The notes below the pieces were generated by a model, which did no database searches, was not told the DNA's origin, and saw nothing but the letters and a program-made list of their open reading frames with translations. A DNA stretch of 64,000 bases from Candidatus Eiseniibacteriota bacterium (GTDB lineage: Bacteria; Eisenbacteria; RBG-16-71-46; SZUA-252). Location: contig OY969801.1 of assembly GCA_963703225.1 (NCBI GenBank), positions 2,944,001-3,008,000 on the forward strand, in the 5' to 3' direction. The translations under genes and the position numbers were made by a program. Positions 43,894 through 54,596 of the stretch are shown one piece after another. Positions within the stretch are counted from its first letter, which is position 1; each line of letters opens with the position of its first letter.

Positions 43894-46396
43894 ATGATGG
43901 ACGAAAGCATCGTCAACGAGTTCCTCGTGGAGAGTCACGAGAGCCTGGGGCAGATCGAAGGAGACCTCGTCTCCCTCGAGCGTGAGCCTTTCGATCCGAA
44001 GCGGCTGGCGAGCGTCTTCCGGACGGTCCACACCATCAAGGGAACCTGCGGCTTCTTCGGATTCCACAAGCTCGAGTCGGTGGCGCACGCCGGCGAGAAT
44101 CTCCTGAGCCAGCTTCGAAACGGCGAGACCACGCTGAACGCCGAGATTACCGGCGCGCTGCTCGCCCTGGTCGACGCCATCCGCGAAATCCTGACCTCGA
44201 TCGAACAGAGCCGGTCCGAAGGAGACAAGGACTATTCGGGGCTGATCGAGACCCTCACGCGCCTCCAGCAAGTCCGCCCGCCGACCCCCGAGCCGGTCGC
44301 CGCCGTTCCAGAGGAAGCAACGCCGGACGCTTCCAGTGGCGAGGAACAGACGCCAGCCACGGCCAGTGGCGAGGAAGCGACGCCGCCTGCCGCCAGTGGA
44401 GAGGCACCGGCGGCACCCGAGTCGACCAAGCGGGACGCCGCTCCGGGGACCATCGGCGGGGGGCTCCTTGATTCGCTGGTGGAGAGCGGACGGCTCGACC
44501 CCGACGCGGTGATGCTGGCGGCCCAGCAACAGAGGCTGGGCGATCCCCGGCGGATCGGGGAAATTCTCGTCGACCACGGCGCCCTCAAGCCGCAGGACGT
44601 CCTGGAAGCGCTCATCGCCCGCGGACAGGCGCCGGCCTCGGCCATGACCGAGGCGAACATCCGCGTCGACGTGCACCTCCTCGACCTCCTGATGAACCTG
44701 GTGGGCGAGCTGGTGCTCGCGCGGAATCAGATGCTCCAGTTCGTCACATCGCAAGATCTCGGGTCGCTCCCCGGGGCGGCCCAGAGGCTGAGCCTCATCA
44801 CGACCGAGCTGCAGGAAGGGATCATGAAGACCCGCATGCAGCCGATCGCCAACCTCTGCAACAAGCTTCCGCGGCTGGTTCGCGACGTGGCTGCTGCCTG
44901 CGGACGAGAGGTGCGCCTGGAGATGGAGGGGATCGACACCGAGCTCGACCGGACCGTGATCGAGGCCATCCGCGATCCGCTCACCCACCTCGTACGAAAC
45001 GCGATCGATCACGGGATCGAGACCCCGGAGGAGCGCCTCGGCCGCGGCAAACCCGCCGAGGGGAGGCTCCTGGTCCGGGCGTTTCACGAGGGAGGCAAGG
45101 TGATCGTCGAGGTCACCGACGACGGGGGCGGACTTGACGTGGAGCGGATCCGCGAACGGGCGATACGGGCCGGCCTCGTGCCCGCGGAGCGCATGCCGAG
45201 CATGACCGACCGGGACTGGATCAACCTGATCTTCACGCCCGGCTTCTCGACGGCCGACCAGGTCACGAGCGTGTCGGGACGCGGCGTCGGAATGGACGTC
45301 GTCAAGACGAACGTGGAGCGGATCAGCGGCACGATCGAGGTCGACTCGACGCCGGGCACCGGGTCGACGATGAGGATCTGCATTCCCCTCACGCTCGCGA
45401 TCATTCCCGCGCTGATCGTCTCGGCGGGAGGCGAGCGGTACGCGATCCCGCAGGTCAACCTGCTGGAGCTGGTTCGTACCCACGGCGACGCGGGCGAGAA
45501 CGCGATCGTCAAGGTCTACGACGCCCAGGTCTACCGTTACCGGGACACGCTTCTCCCTCTGATCTTCCTCCACGACGCGCTCCAGATTGAAGGCGCCATC
45601 GAGGCCGCATTCACGGTGACGGGCCACGCCGCGCTCAACATCGCGGTCCTCCACGCGGAGGGCGGCACGTTTGGGCTCGTGGTCGATGAGATCCTCACGT
45701 CGCAGGAGATCGTGGTGAAGCCTTTGACCGACATGCTCCGGCAGACGCCGGTCTTCTCCGGCGCCACGATCCTCGGCGACGGACGTGTCGCGCTGATCCT
45801 CGACGTGCCGGGGCTTGCGAGACATACCGGAGTCGGTGAGTTTCGAAGCGGGAAGGGCGCGGCACTGTTCCGGAATTCCGTTGAAGCGCCGGACGAGCCC
45901 ACCCAGACACTGGTTCTGTTCCGGATTCGCGACGACTGGCGTGTGGCGATCCCCCTCTCCGGCGTGGCCCGGCTCGAGGAATTGTCCCGCGCGTCGGTCG
46001 AACGGGTCGGGGATCGCAGGGTCGTCCAGTATCGCGGCGGCCTGATGCCGCTCATCCGAGCTGCTCGACCTGCTGGAGGTGGGCGCGGCGGCGAACGGCG
46101 CGGCCGACGCGGCGCGGGCCACGGAGCCTTTCCGCGCTCTCGGAACGGCCCCGGCGTCGGCGCTTCTGCATGTGGTCGTGCACGAACAGAGCGGCGCGCG
46201 GGTGGGCCTGGTGGTGGACGAGATCCTGGAAATCGTGGAGGAGACCCTCGAGCTGGATGCCGTGTCCGGCCGCCCGGGGATCGTTGGATCAACCGTCATC
46301 CGCGGGAGAGCGACCGATCTGCTCGACCTGCCCGGTCTCCTCGCTCACGCCGAGGTGGCCGGATTTGGGTCGCACTCCATGGCGGCGGGGGCGTAG
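43894..46396 (+). CDS. cheA: Chemotaxis histidine kinase CheA with MshEN-like insert and two CheW domains (+1 frameshift near 46058)
   Basis: FRTVHTIKG Hpt, LMNLVGELV, HLVRNAIDHG, GFST..SGRGVGMDVV and GATILGDG; the second CheW domain continues in the 46079-46396 frame. Confidence 0.92.
44311..44400 (+). repeat. 3 x 30-bp imperfect tandem repeat in the CheA linker
   Basis: Encodes EEATPDASSG / EEQTPATASG / EEATPPAASG. Confidence 0.8.
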
Positions 46397-46399
46397 GCG

Positions 46400-46837
46400 A
46401 TGGTGGAAGACCAGCTCCTCTGCACGTTCTGGCTCGCGGAGCATCTCTTCGGCATCGAGATCTCCTCGGTGCAGGAGGTTCTCCGCGAGCAGGAGATCAC
46501 GCGGCTTCCGCTCTCGTCGCCGGCGGTCCGCGGCGTGATCAATCTCCGGGGTCGGATCGTTCCGGCGGTCGATCTCCGGCGCTGTTTCGAGATGGAGCCC
46601 GCGCCGCGGCACGGCGGGTCGCCGAACATCGTGGTGCGCGGCGCCGGCTCCTCTTCGGTGAGCCTCCTCGTCGACGAGATCGGCGACGTGGTCGAGGCCT
46701 CCGCCTCCGCGTACGAGCGCGCGCCGGAAACGCTTCGCGGGAAGGCTCGTGAATTGATCGAGGGCGTCTACAAGCTCCAGGGCGAGATTGTGCTCGTCCT
46801 GGCTATCGGAAAGGTGTTGCGGGCCGCCTACTCGTAG
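46400..46837 (+). CDS. cheW: Chemotaxis coupling protein CheW
   Basis: LCTFWL..FGIEISSVQEV and GVINLRGRIVPAVDLR. Confidence 0.93.
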   Translation: MVEDQLLCTFWLAEHLFGIEISSVQEVLREQEITRLPLSSPAVRGVINLRGRIVPAVDLRRCFEMEPAPRHGGSPNIVVRGAGSSSVSLLVDEIGDVVEASASAYERAPETLRGKARELIEGVYKLQGEIVLVLAIGKVLRAAYS

Positions 46838-46865
46838 GCGGCGGACCCGCCGGAAGGAGCCGAAC

Positions 46866-48561
46866 GTGTTGACCTTTACCATCCGCCGTCAGCTGCTGGG
46901 AAGCGCCCTGCTCTCCCTTGTCGGTTTCATGATCTTCGGCGTCATTTCCTACTCCACGCTTCAGGAGTTGAAGATCGCCGGTCCGCGGTACAAGAAGATC
47001 GCCCAGGGCAAGGATCTGATCGCCGACGTCGTCCCTCCGCCGGAATTCCTGGTGGAGGCGTTCCTCGCGGTCCACCAGATGATCGACGAATCCGACCGCC
47101 GCCGCCTCGAGGAGCTGATCCAGCAGTCGCAGCAGTTCCGTACCAATTTCGAGGAGCGGCACGAATACTGGGCCAGGACTCTGGCCCCGGGGCCCATGCG
47201 CGACGCGCTGAACGTTCGATCGTACCAGCCGGCGAAGGAATTCTTCCGCGTCCGCGACGAGGAGTTCATCCCGGCGGTGCGCCGGGGGGACCGGGAGACA
47301 GCCCGCACCCTCGCCAACTCCACCCTGAAGACACTCTACGAGCAGCACCGCAAGGCGGTGCTCCAGATCGTCCACCTCGCCATGATCCAGAACTCCCTCG
47401 AGGAGGAATCGGCCACCAGCATCGCGGAGGAGCGGACGACCTTGATTCCGGTGATCGGGATCGTGATCGCGGGGATCACCATCGTCTTCGCCCTCTGGCT
47501 CTCCCGGCGGATCCTCCGCGCCATCGAGCAGACCAAACGCGTGGCCGAGCGGACCGCGAGCGGCGACTTGACCTGCACGGTCGAATACACCGCGCCCGAC
47601 GAGCTGGGGCAGCTTGCCATCTCCACCAATCAGATGGTCAGCTCGCTCCGCGACATCCTCTTCCACATCGGCAAGCGGGCGGTGACCCTCGCCACGGCTT
47701 CCGAGGAGCTCTCCTCCGTCAGCTCGCAGATGATCGGCAGCGCCGAGGAGACATCCCGCCAGGCGAGCGTGGTTTCCTCGGGCTCCGAGCAGATCAGTCG
47801 AAACGTCGAGAGCGTTTCCGTCTCGGTCGAGGAGATGATCGCGAGCATTCAGGAGATCTCGAAGAACACGAGCGAGGCGGCTCAGGTGGCGTCGGTCGCG
47901 GCCACCGAGGCCGATTCCACCAACGTCGCGGTCAACAAGCTGGGAGCGAGCAGCGCCGAGATCGGCAAGGTCGTCCAGGTGATCAACACCATCGCGCAGC
48001 AGACCAACCTGCTCGCGCTGAACGCCGCGATCGAGGCGGCCCGGGCGGGCGGCGCCGGCAAGGGCTTCGCCGTGGTCGCCAACGAGGTGAAGGAGCTCGC
48101 CATGGAGACCGCCTCCGCGACCAAGGACATCAGCATCAAGATCGAGGCGATCCAGACCGACACCACGGCCGCGATCCAGGCCATCGCCAAGATCAGCGAC
48201 ACGATCCAGCAGATCAAGGACATCTCGAATTCGATCGCCACCGCCATCGAGGAGCAGCTGGCCGCGTCGGGTGAGATCGGGCGAAACCTGAGCGAGGCGT
48301 CGCGCGGGAGCAACGAGATCTCGGCCGGCATCGTCAGGGTGGCGCAGATCGCCAAGGACACCGCGGGCGGATCCGAGAACACGCAGAAGGCCGCGGAGGA
48401 TCTGGCGCGTCTCGCGACCGAGCTCCGAGAGCTGACGCTCCGCTTCCAGTATGGAGAGAACGATGTCGCCGGCGTCTCCCGGGGCGCCTCGTGTGGTGCG
48501 GGGAGGCCGGGGTCTCGCGGCCCCGCGGAGCGAGGATCGCTTGTTCGAGGCCGCGAGCTAA
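46866..48561 (+). CDS. Methyl-accepting chemotaxis protein (TM-periplasmic-TM-HAMP-MA); 3' end uncertain because it reads in frame into cheY as assembled
   Basis: GTG with AAGGAG; DELGQL HAMP; IAQQTNLLALNAAIEAARAG..GKGFAVVANEVKELA; a TAA lies in the +1 frame at 48559-48561. Confidence 0.88.
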
Positions 48562-48605
48562 GCACCCAGTCGCGCCAATTCGGCGCAAGGAAGGAGACCG
48601 GAACC

Positions 48606-48989
48606 ATGAGAGCCCTCGTCGTCGATGATTCGCGATCCATGCGAAGCATCATCGGGAAGCAACTCAAGGAGTTGGGATTTGAGGTCTTTGACGCGGCCAA
48701 TGGGCACGAGGCCATGGCCAAGCTCCACAACACCAAGGGAATCACGCTCATCCTGCTCGACTGGAACATGCCCGAGATGGACGGCCTCGAAGTGCTGAGC
48801 CTGATCCGCTCCGAGCCCGAGTACAAGGAGGTCCGGGTCATGATGGTGACCACCGAGAGCGAGATGTCGCAGGTCGCGATCGCGCTCGAAGCGGGCGCGA
48901 GCGAGTACCTCATGAAGCCGTTCGACCGCGAGGCACTCTTAGAGAAGCTGATCCTCCTGGGGATGGACCCGAGCACCCGGAACGCCTAG
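48606..48989 (+). CDS. cheY: Chemotaxis response regulator CheY
   Basis: Own RBS (AAGGAG); ALVVDDS, LLDWNMPEMDG, MVTTE and YLMKPF. Confidence 0.9.
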   Translation: MRALVVDDSRSMRSIIGKQLKELGFEVFDAANGHEAMAKLHNTKGITLILLDWNMPEMDGLEVLSLIRSEPEYKEVRVMMVTTESEMSQVAIALEAGASEYLMKPFDREALLEKLILLGMDPSTRNA

Positions 48990-49039
48990 CCCGACCATCG
49001 CGGCTTGAGGCGAGGATCGAGCGCCTCGAGAAGGAGCCC

Positions 49040-50152
49040 ATGTCCAAGATTCGAGTCATGGTCGTCGACGACGTGGCGATGGTCCGCCGCTTGGTGGTGG
49101 ACGCGCTCTCGATCGATCCCGACATCCAGGTGGTGGGGACCGCGGGGAACGGCCGCGAGGCATTGGAGAAAATGCCCGAGTTACGGCCGGATCTCATCGT
49201 CCTCGACTACGAGATGCCGGAGATGGACGGCCTGGAGACGCTGATCGAGGTGCGGAAGTCCTATCCCGCCACCCGGGTCATCATCTTCAGCTCGCACACG
49301 CGTCACGGCGCCAAAGTGACCCTCGATGCGCTCTGGCATGGCGCCGACGACTACATTCCCAAGAGCCCGGCGGACAACCTGACCGCGTCCACCCAGCTCA
49401 TCCGGACGCAGCTGATTCCCAAGATCAAGGGACTCTGCGCCCGCCCCGAGAGCGGGGGCTCGGCGGCATCCCCGCCGACCCACGCGGGCCGCGCCGCGGG
49501 GACGGCTGACGAGCCGCGCTCTCTGCCCCGTCGGCCGAGCGTGGCCCCCGTCCGGATTGAGATCGTCGCCATTGGCGCTTCGACCGGCGGCCCGAGAGCC
49601 CTCGCGCGTCTCCTCGAGGGGCTGCCGGGCGATTTCCCGGTGCCGATCGTGATCGTCCAGCACATGCCACCGATCTTCACGCGGCTCCTGGCCGAACGAC
49701 TGGGAACCCGCACGCAGCTTCGATGCTCGGAGGCCATCGAGGGGGCCGCCCTGGGGCCGCGCGCCGTGTGGATCGCGCCGGGCGACCACCACATGACGCT
49801 GGAGCGGGAGCGGGGCGAGATCCGCATCCGGCTCACCAACGATCCGCCGGTTCACTCCTGCCGTCCCGCGGTCGACCCCCTCTTTCTATCGGTGGCCGAC
49901 GCCTACGGCGCGAGTGCCTTGGGAATCATCCTGACCGGCATGGGCCACGACGGCTACAAGGGTTGCGAGCGGATCCGGGACGCGGGAGGTGCGGTCTTGG
50001 TTCAGGATGAGGCGTCCAGCGTCGTCTGGGGCATGCCCGGCATCGTCGCGCGCGCCGGAATCGCCGACCGGGTCGTTCCCCTCGACGAAATGGCGTCCGA
50101 GATCGTGCACCGCGCTTCCGTGGGAGCCCGTCGGAAGGCGCCGGTCGGCTGA
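49040..50152 (+). CDS. cheB: Chemotaxis methylesterase CheB (REC-CheB)
   Basis: LDYEMPEMDG; catalytic triad in GASTGG, QHMP and GMGHDG. Confidence 0.95.
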   Translation: MSKIRVMVVDDVAMVRRLVVDALSIDPDIQVVGTAGNGREALEKMPELRPDLIVLDYEMPEMDGLETLIEVRKSYPATRVIIFSSHTRHGAKVTLDALWHGADDYIPKSPADNLTASTQLIRTQLIPKIKGLCARPESGGSAASPPTHAGRAAGTADEPRSLPRRPSVAPVRIEIVAIGASTGGPRALARLLEGLPGDFPVPIVIVQHMPPIFTRLLAERLGTRTQLRCSEAIEGAALGPRAVWIAPGDHHMTLERERGEIRIRLTNDPPVHSCRPAVDPLFLSVADAYGASALGIILTGMGHDGYKGCERIRDAGGAVLVQDEASSVVWGMPGIVARAGIADRVVPLDEMASEIVHRASVGARRKAPVG

Positions 50153-50156
50153 TTCC

Positions 50157-51009
50157 ATGGCCCTGACCCGACCGAGCCACGCCGGCGGCGTGACCCCGCA
50201 GAGCTTCGCCTATCTGCAGAAGCTCCTGCTCCGCCGCACGGGAACGCTCCTCGAGGCGGGGAAGGAGTACGTGGTGGAGACGCGCCTCCACGGCCTCGCC
50301 CTGGGTGAGGGCTTTGGATCGGTGGGCGCGCTCCTGGAGGGGGTCCAGACCGAGGAGGAGTCGGGGGCGCTCCACGGCAAGGTCGCCGAGGCGATGTTGA
50401 ACGGGGAGACCTCGTTCTTCCGCGATCTCTATCCGTTCGACGCGCTCCGCGACACCCTCCTGCCGGAGATCATCGCGAAGCGTGAGACCAGCCGCCTGCT
50501 CAACATCTGGAGCGCCGCGACGGCCAGCGGTCAGGAGGCGTATAGCCTTGCGATGCTGCTCTTGGAGAGCTTTCCGCAGCTCGCCGGCTGGAGAATTCGG
50601 TTGACTGGCGAGCGACGTGTCCGAGGCGATGCTCGCGCGGGCGCGCGCCGGGGTCTTCAGCCAGATCGAGGTGAACCGCGGTCTACCCGCGAGGCTCATG
50701 CTCAAGTATTTCGAGCGCACGGGCGCCGAGTGGAGCATCCACCCGCGCGTGCGGCAGATGGTGGAATTCCAGCAGATCAATCTGGCGGCGACCTGGCCGC
50801 AGGTTCCGCCGATGGACGTCATCCTGATGCGAAACGTGCTGCTCTATTTCAGTCTCGAGACCCGAAAGGCGATCCTGGCGCGCGTCTGCAAGATCCTGCG
50901 CCCGGACGGATACCTGTTCTTGGGAGGGGGCGAGACGACTCTGATCACCGATCGCTCGTTCGAGTCGGTTCGCGCCGGCAAGGCGATGTGCTATCGAGTG
51001 CGCGGCTAG
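50157..51009 (+). CDS. cheR: Chemotaxis methyltransferase CheR (+1 frameshift near 50604)
   Basis: ETSFFRD, IWSAATASGQEAYS, then ASDVS, RGLP, MRNVLLYF and GYLFLGGGE after removing one base. Confidence 0.88.
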
Positions 51010-51044
51010 TGGTCCGACCGAGGGAATACGGGGAGACTGATGTC

Positions 51045-51526
51045 ATGAAGCACGGCGACGATTGAAGTCCAGGAGTGGCTGGAGTGCCTGACGCGACGTG
51101 GCGCAGGAGTTCGCGTCTGGATCGCTCCGCTTTGACGGTGGCGGCATGACGCCCGATCCGGCGGCCAAGACGGGGACGCGTCCGGCGGCCTACATCTCGA
51201 TCCTGAGCGAATCCAACTCCATGCACCTGGGCCTCGCGACCAGCATGCAAGGGTGCCGCACGCTCACGCGGGCGTTCCTCGGGGTGCGCGAGAAGGACGC
51301 GGTGTCGGAGAAGGACGTGGTCGACGCGATGAGCGAGATCCTGAACATCGTGGCCGGGAAGGTGAAGTCGCGGCTGGCGTCCCGGGACGGGTCGCTCAGG
51401 CTCGGCCTGCCGATCTTCATCACCGGACAGATTCAGGTGACCGACAACATGGAGCGGGCCGTCGCGAACGTGGAGCTGGGTCCGGTTCCCTGTCAGCTCC
51501 TCGTGTTCCGAAACAAGAAGGGGTAG
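51045..51526 (+). CDS. cheX: CheX-like chemotaxis phosphatase (two +1 frameshifts near 51048 and 51094)
   Basis: DAMSEILNIVAG (ExxN) and LGLPIFITG; the corrected N-terminus is MSTATIEVQEWLECLTDVAQEF. Confidence 0.75.
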
Positions 51527-51529
51527 AGA

Positions 51530-52939
51530 TCAGCGCTCGGCGACCGGTCGCGCCCGCGACCCGGCCGGCGAGCAGAGGTAGACCCGCCCGGCTCCCGCGA
51601 ACGGGGAGCCCACGGCGGCGTCTCCCAAGCCGTCTCCGTTGACGTCCCCCACCCCGGAGACCGCGTAGCCGAGATTATCGAGGGTCGCCTCTCCGGTGAT
51701 CGTGAAGTCGGAGACGGCGTCCGGCGCGGTTCCACCGAAGTAAACGTACGCGCGCCCCGCCGCGGAGCCGCCGGCGTCGTTCCCGTAGGCGCCGACGATC
51801 AGATCCGCGAATCCATCCCCGTTCGCGTCCCCCATGCCGGCGACCGAGTATCCAAAGGCGTCTCCCGCCGCCTCTCCCGTCAGCACGAGATCCGCCCGCC
51901 CATCCGGACGGGCACCGCCGAAGAAGACGTAGGCGCGTCCGGCGTCCGATCCCGCCGCGTCGTTGTGATAGGCGCCCACGATGACGTCGGCAAACCCATC
52001 CTTGTTCACGTCCCCTGCCGGGGCAACCGAGAACCCAAACGCGTCCCCCGCCGAGGTCCCGGTCATGACGAGATCGGACCGATTGTCCGCGCTGGGGCCG
52101 CCGAAGAACACGTAGGCCTGACCCGCATCGGTGCCGCCCGCATCACACTGATACGCGCCGATGATCACGTCGTCGAAGCGGTCACCGTTCACGTCGCCCG
52201 CGCCCGCCACCGAGATCCCAAAGTAGTCGCCTGCGGCTTGGCCGGTGAAAATGAGATCGGGCGAGCCGTCCATCCTGCCGCCGCCGAAGTAGACGTAGGC
52301 GCGGCCCGCGCCGCCGGCCCGGGCGCTGTTTTCGTAGGCACCGACGACCACGTCGGCGTAGCCGTCCCCGTTCACGTCGCCCGCGCCGGCGACCGAGTAG
52401 CCGAACGCGTCGCCGGCCCCTTCTCCGCTCAGGATCACGTCGGGCTTGGTGTCGCCGTTGGGTCCGCCAAAGTAGACGTAGGCCCGTCCGGCGTTGGCGC
52501 CGGCGGCGTCGTTCTCGTGCGCTCCGACGATCAGGTCGGGAAACCCGTCCTTGTTGAGATCCCCGGCCGACGCGACCGAAACGCCGAAGAGGTCTCCCGC
52601 GGACTGGACGCCGAGTCCCATGTGGGGCTTCGTGTCGACGCGGCGGCCGCCGTAGAAGACGTAGGCTCGCCCCGCGTCCATGCCGCCGGCGTCGGATTGA
52701 TAGGCGCCGATGATCAGATCGGTCAGCCCGTCGCCGTTCAGATCTCCCGCGGAAGCAACGGACCCTCCAAAGGTGTCACCGGGAACGTTGCCGTTGAACA
52801 CGGCGAGCGTGCGAGCGCCTGCCGGCGTGGCCGCCGCCGCGAGGAGGCCCAGAAGCAGGGCCAGCGCGGCCGGGTTGGCGATCCGTCTGGGGGTTGGATG
52901 AGAGTTCGACGTTCCGCCTCGGACCGTCGGGAGGATCAC
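51530..52939 (-). CDS. Secreted FG-GAP (integrin-alpha-like beta-propeller) repeat protein
   Basis: Signal peptide, then about 8 repeats of FGxSVAxAGDxNxDGxxDxIVGA..AGRAYVYFG; GTGA overlap with the upstream gene. Confidence 0.9.
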   Translation of the reverse strand: MILPTVRGGTSNSHPTPRRIANPAALALLLGLLAAAATPAGARTLAVFNGNVPGDTFGGSVASAGDLNGDGLTDLIIGAYQSDAGGMDAGRAYVFYGGRRVDTKPHMGLGVQSAGDLFGVSVASAGDLNKDGFPDLIVGAHENDAAGANAGRAYVYFGGPNGDTKPDVILSGEGAGDAFGYSVAGAGDVNGDGYADVVVGAYENSARAGGAGRAYVYFGGGRMDGSPDLIFTGQAAGDYFGISVAGAGDVNGDRFDDVIIGAYQCDAGGTDAGQAYVFFGGPSADNRSDLVMTGTSAGDAFGFSVAPAGDVNKDGFADVIVGAYHNDAAGSDAGRAYVFFGGARPDGRADLVLTGEAAGDAFGYSVAGMGDANGDGFADLIVGAYGNDAGGSAAGRAYVYFGGTAPDAVSDFTITGEATLDNLGYAVSGVGDVNGDGLGDAAVGSPFAGAGRVYLCSPAGSRARPVAER

Positions 52940-54596
52940 GGTGGGACGAGGCTCCCGGATCCCTCCCCGGCGGGCGTCGTGGTGCCGCGCGTCACCGGGA
53001 TTCGGCCCTCTTTGATCGCCGGCACAAAGACCTGCACGATCTCCGCGGCGAATTGGGATCCTGCCTTCTCGACCAGCTGGCCAACCGCCTGCTCGACGGT
53101 GAGCCCGGCGCGGTAGGGCCGATCGGTGGTCATGGCGTCGAAGGCGTCCGCCACGTTCACGATCTTGGCTCCGATCGAAATCTGGTCCCCCGTCAGCCCG
53201 TCGGGGTACCCGCGTCCATCCACGCGCTCGTGGTGGTGGCGCACCATGTCGGAGACCCGCTCCAGGAACTTGACCCCGCGAATCATTTCGGCGCCGCGAA
53301 CGGGGTGCGCCTTCACCATCATCCACTCCTCCTCGGTGAGGGCGCCCGGCTTCTGGAGGATGTCGCTTTGCGTATGGACCTTTCCGATGTCGTGGAGGAA
53401 GGCCCCGAACTGGATCCGCTGAATTTCCTCCTGCGGAAATCCCAGCTCCTTCGCGATCGCCACGGAGTACTGGGCGACCCGCTCGGTGTGTCCGTGCGTG
53501 TAGGGGTCCTTCTCTTCAATCCGGGAGACGAGCAACCGGACCGTCGAGACGTACGCCTCTTGAAGGTCCTTGAAGAGGCGAGCGTTCTCGATCGCGATCG
53601 CCGGCCGATTCGGAGAGGGCCTTGAGCATCTCGAGGTCCGCCGATAGAAATTCCTGTCCGCTCACCTTCTCCCCCACGGCGAGCACCGCGGTGAGGCGCG
53701 ACTTCATGAGCACGGGCGAGACGACGGTGAAGCCGGCGGCGAAGAGGGGCCCCACTTCCGACTCCAGCGCGGGATCGTCTTCGATGTCGCCGAGGCGGAT
53801 CGGCCGGCCTTCCTCCCCTTCCGTCGGAAGGAGGGCGCGCACGAAACCGCCGCCGTACTCGAGGGCGATGCCGCGCGCATGCTCTTCCTTGATCCCCTTG
53901 AAGGTCGACGCCGAGAGCCGGGTCGGCTGCTCGCGCTGGTCGGTCAGAAAGAGGCAGGCCGAGTTCACGCGGAGCTGCCCGACCACGCTCAGGATAAACG
54001 TGTTCAGGAGCTCCTCCATCTCCAGGGAGGAGTTGAGCTGGTGGGTCAGCCCCATCAGCGTCTCGAGGCTGTAGACCTGGAACCGGAGCTCCTTATTCCG
54101 GACCACGAGGTCCTCGCGATTCCGAGCGACCTCGCTCTCCAGCTCCTTGTTCTTGCGTGGTCAGGTGCTCCGCGCGGTCGAGGCGTTCGAAGATCCGGCG
54201 CACCTTGATGAGCAGCTCCTTCGGCGAGAAGGGCTTGGTCATGTAGTCGTCCGCGCCATGCATCAACCCCTGCAGACGCGAATCGACCTCGGCGCTGGCC
54301 GAGACCATGATGATGGGGATGTGCGCCGTGTCCTTGCTGCTCTTCAGGGCCGCGCAGACCTCGAATCCGGTCTTTCGCGGCAGGCGAAGGTCCAGAATGA
54401 TCAGATCGGGAGCGTCGCGCCGCACCATCTCCAGTCCGTCCTCGCCGGTGCCGGCGGTGGCGACCTTGAACCCGTTCTGCGTGAGCGAGATTTGAAGAAG
54501 CTCCAGCACCCGGCGGTCATCGTCGATGACCAGGATCGAGCGCTTGGCCTTTGCCGCTCCCGGCTCGACCGCCGGTCCGACGCTTTCAATGCTCAC
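52936..54596 (-). CDS. REC-GAF-HD-GYP c-di-GMP phosphodiesterase (two +1 frameshifts near 54155 and 53599)
   Basis: Three track ORFs join after single-base removals: receiver ILDLRLP, GAF, IAIENARLF, DPYTHGHTERV, LHDIGK and HHERVDGRGYP. Confidence 0.85.

Noticed and set aside
43594..46752. 1052-aa CheA with a long novel C-terminus
   Set aside because: The tail after about 46058 is off-frame; the second CheW domain continues in the frame ending at 46396.
46866..48989. MCP-CheY fusion (733-aa ORF in the track)
   Set aside because: CheY has its own strong RBS and ATG, the linker looks off-frame, and one +1 correction gives a TAA at 48559. It lies within the frameshift-error cluster.
51045..51065. 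Selenocysteine or programmed recoding at TGA in cheX and the other broken genes (selB is present)
   Set aside because: The breaks require frame changes rather than in-frame UGA readthrough, and no SECIS or slippery motif was recognised.
51560..52790. Regularly spaced DNA repeats resembling an array
   Set aside because: They are protein-level FG-GAP repeats with synonymous divergence, not CRISPR repeats.
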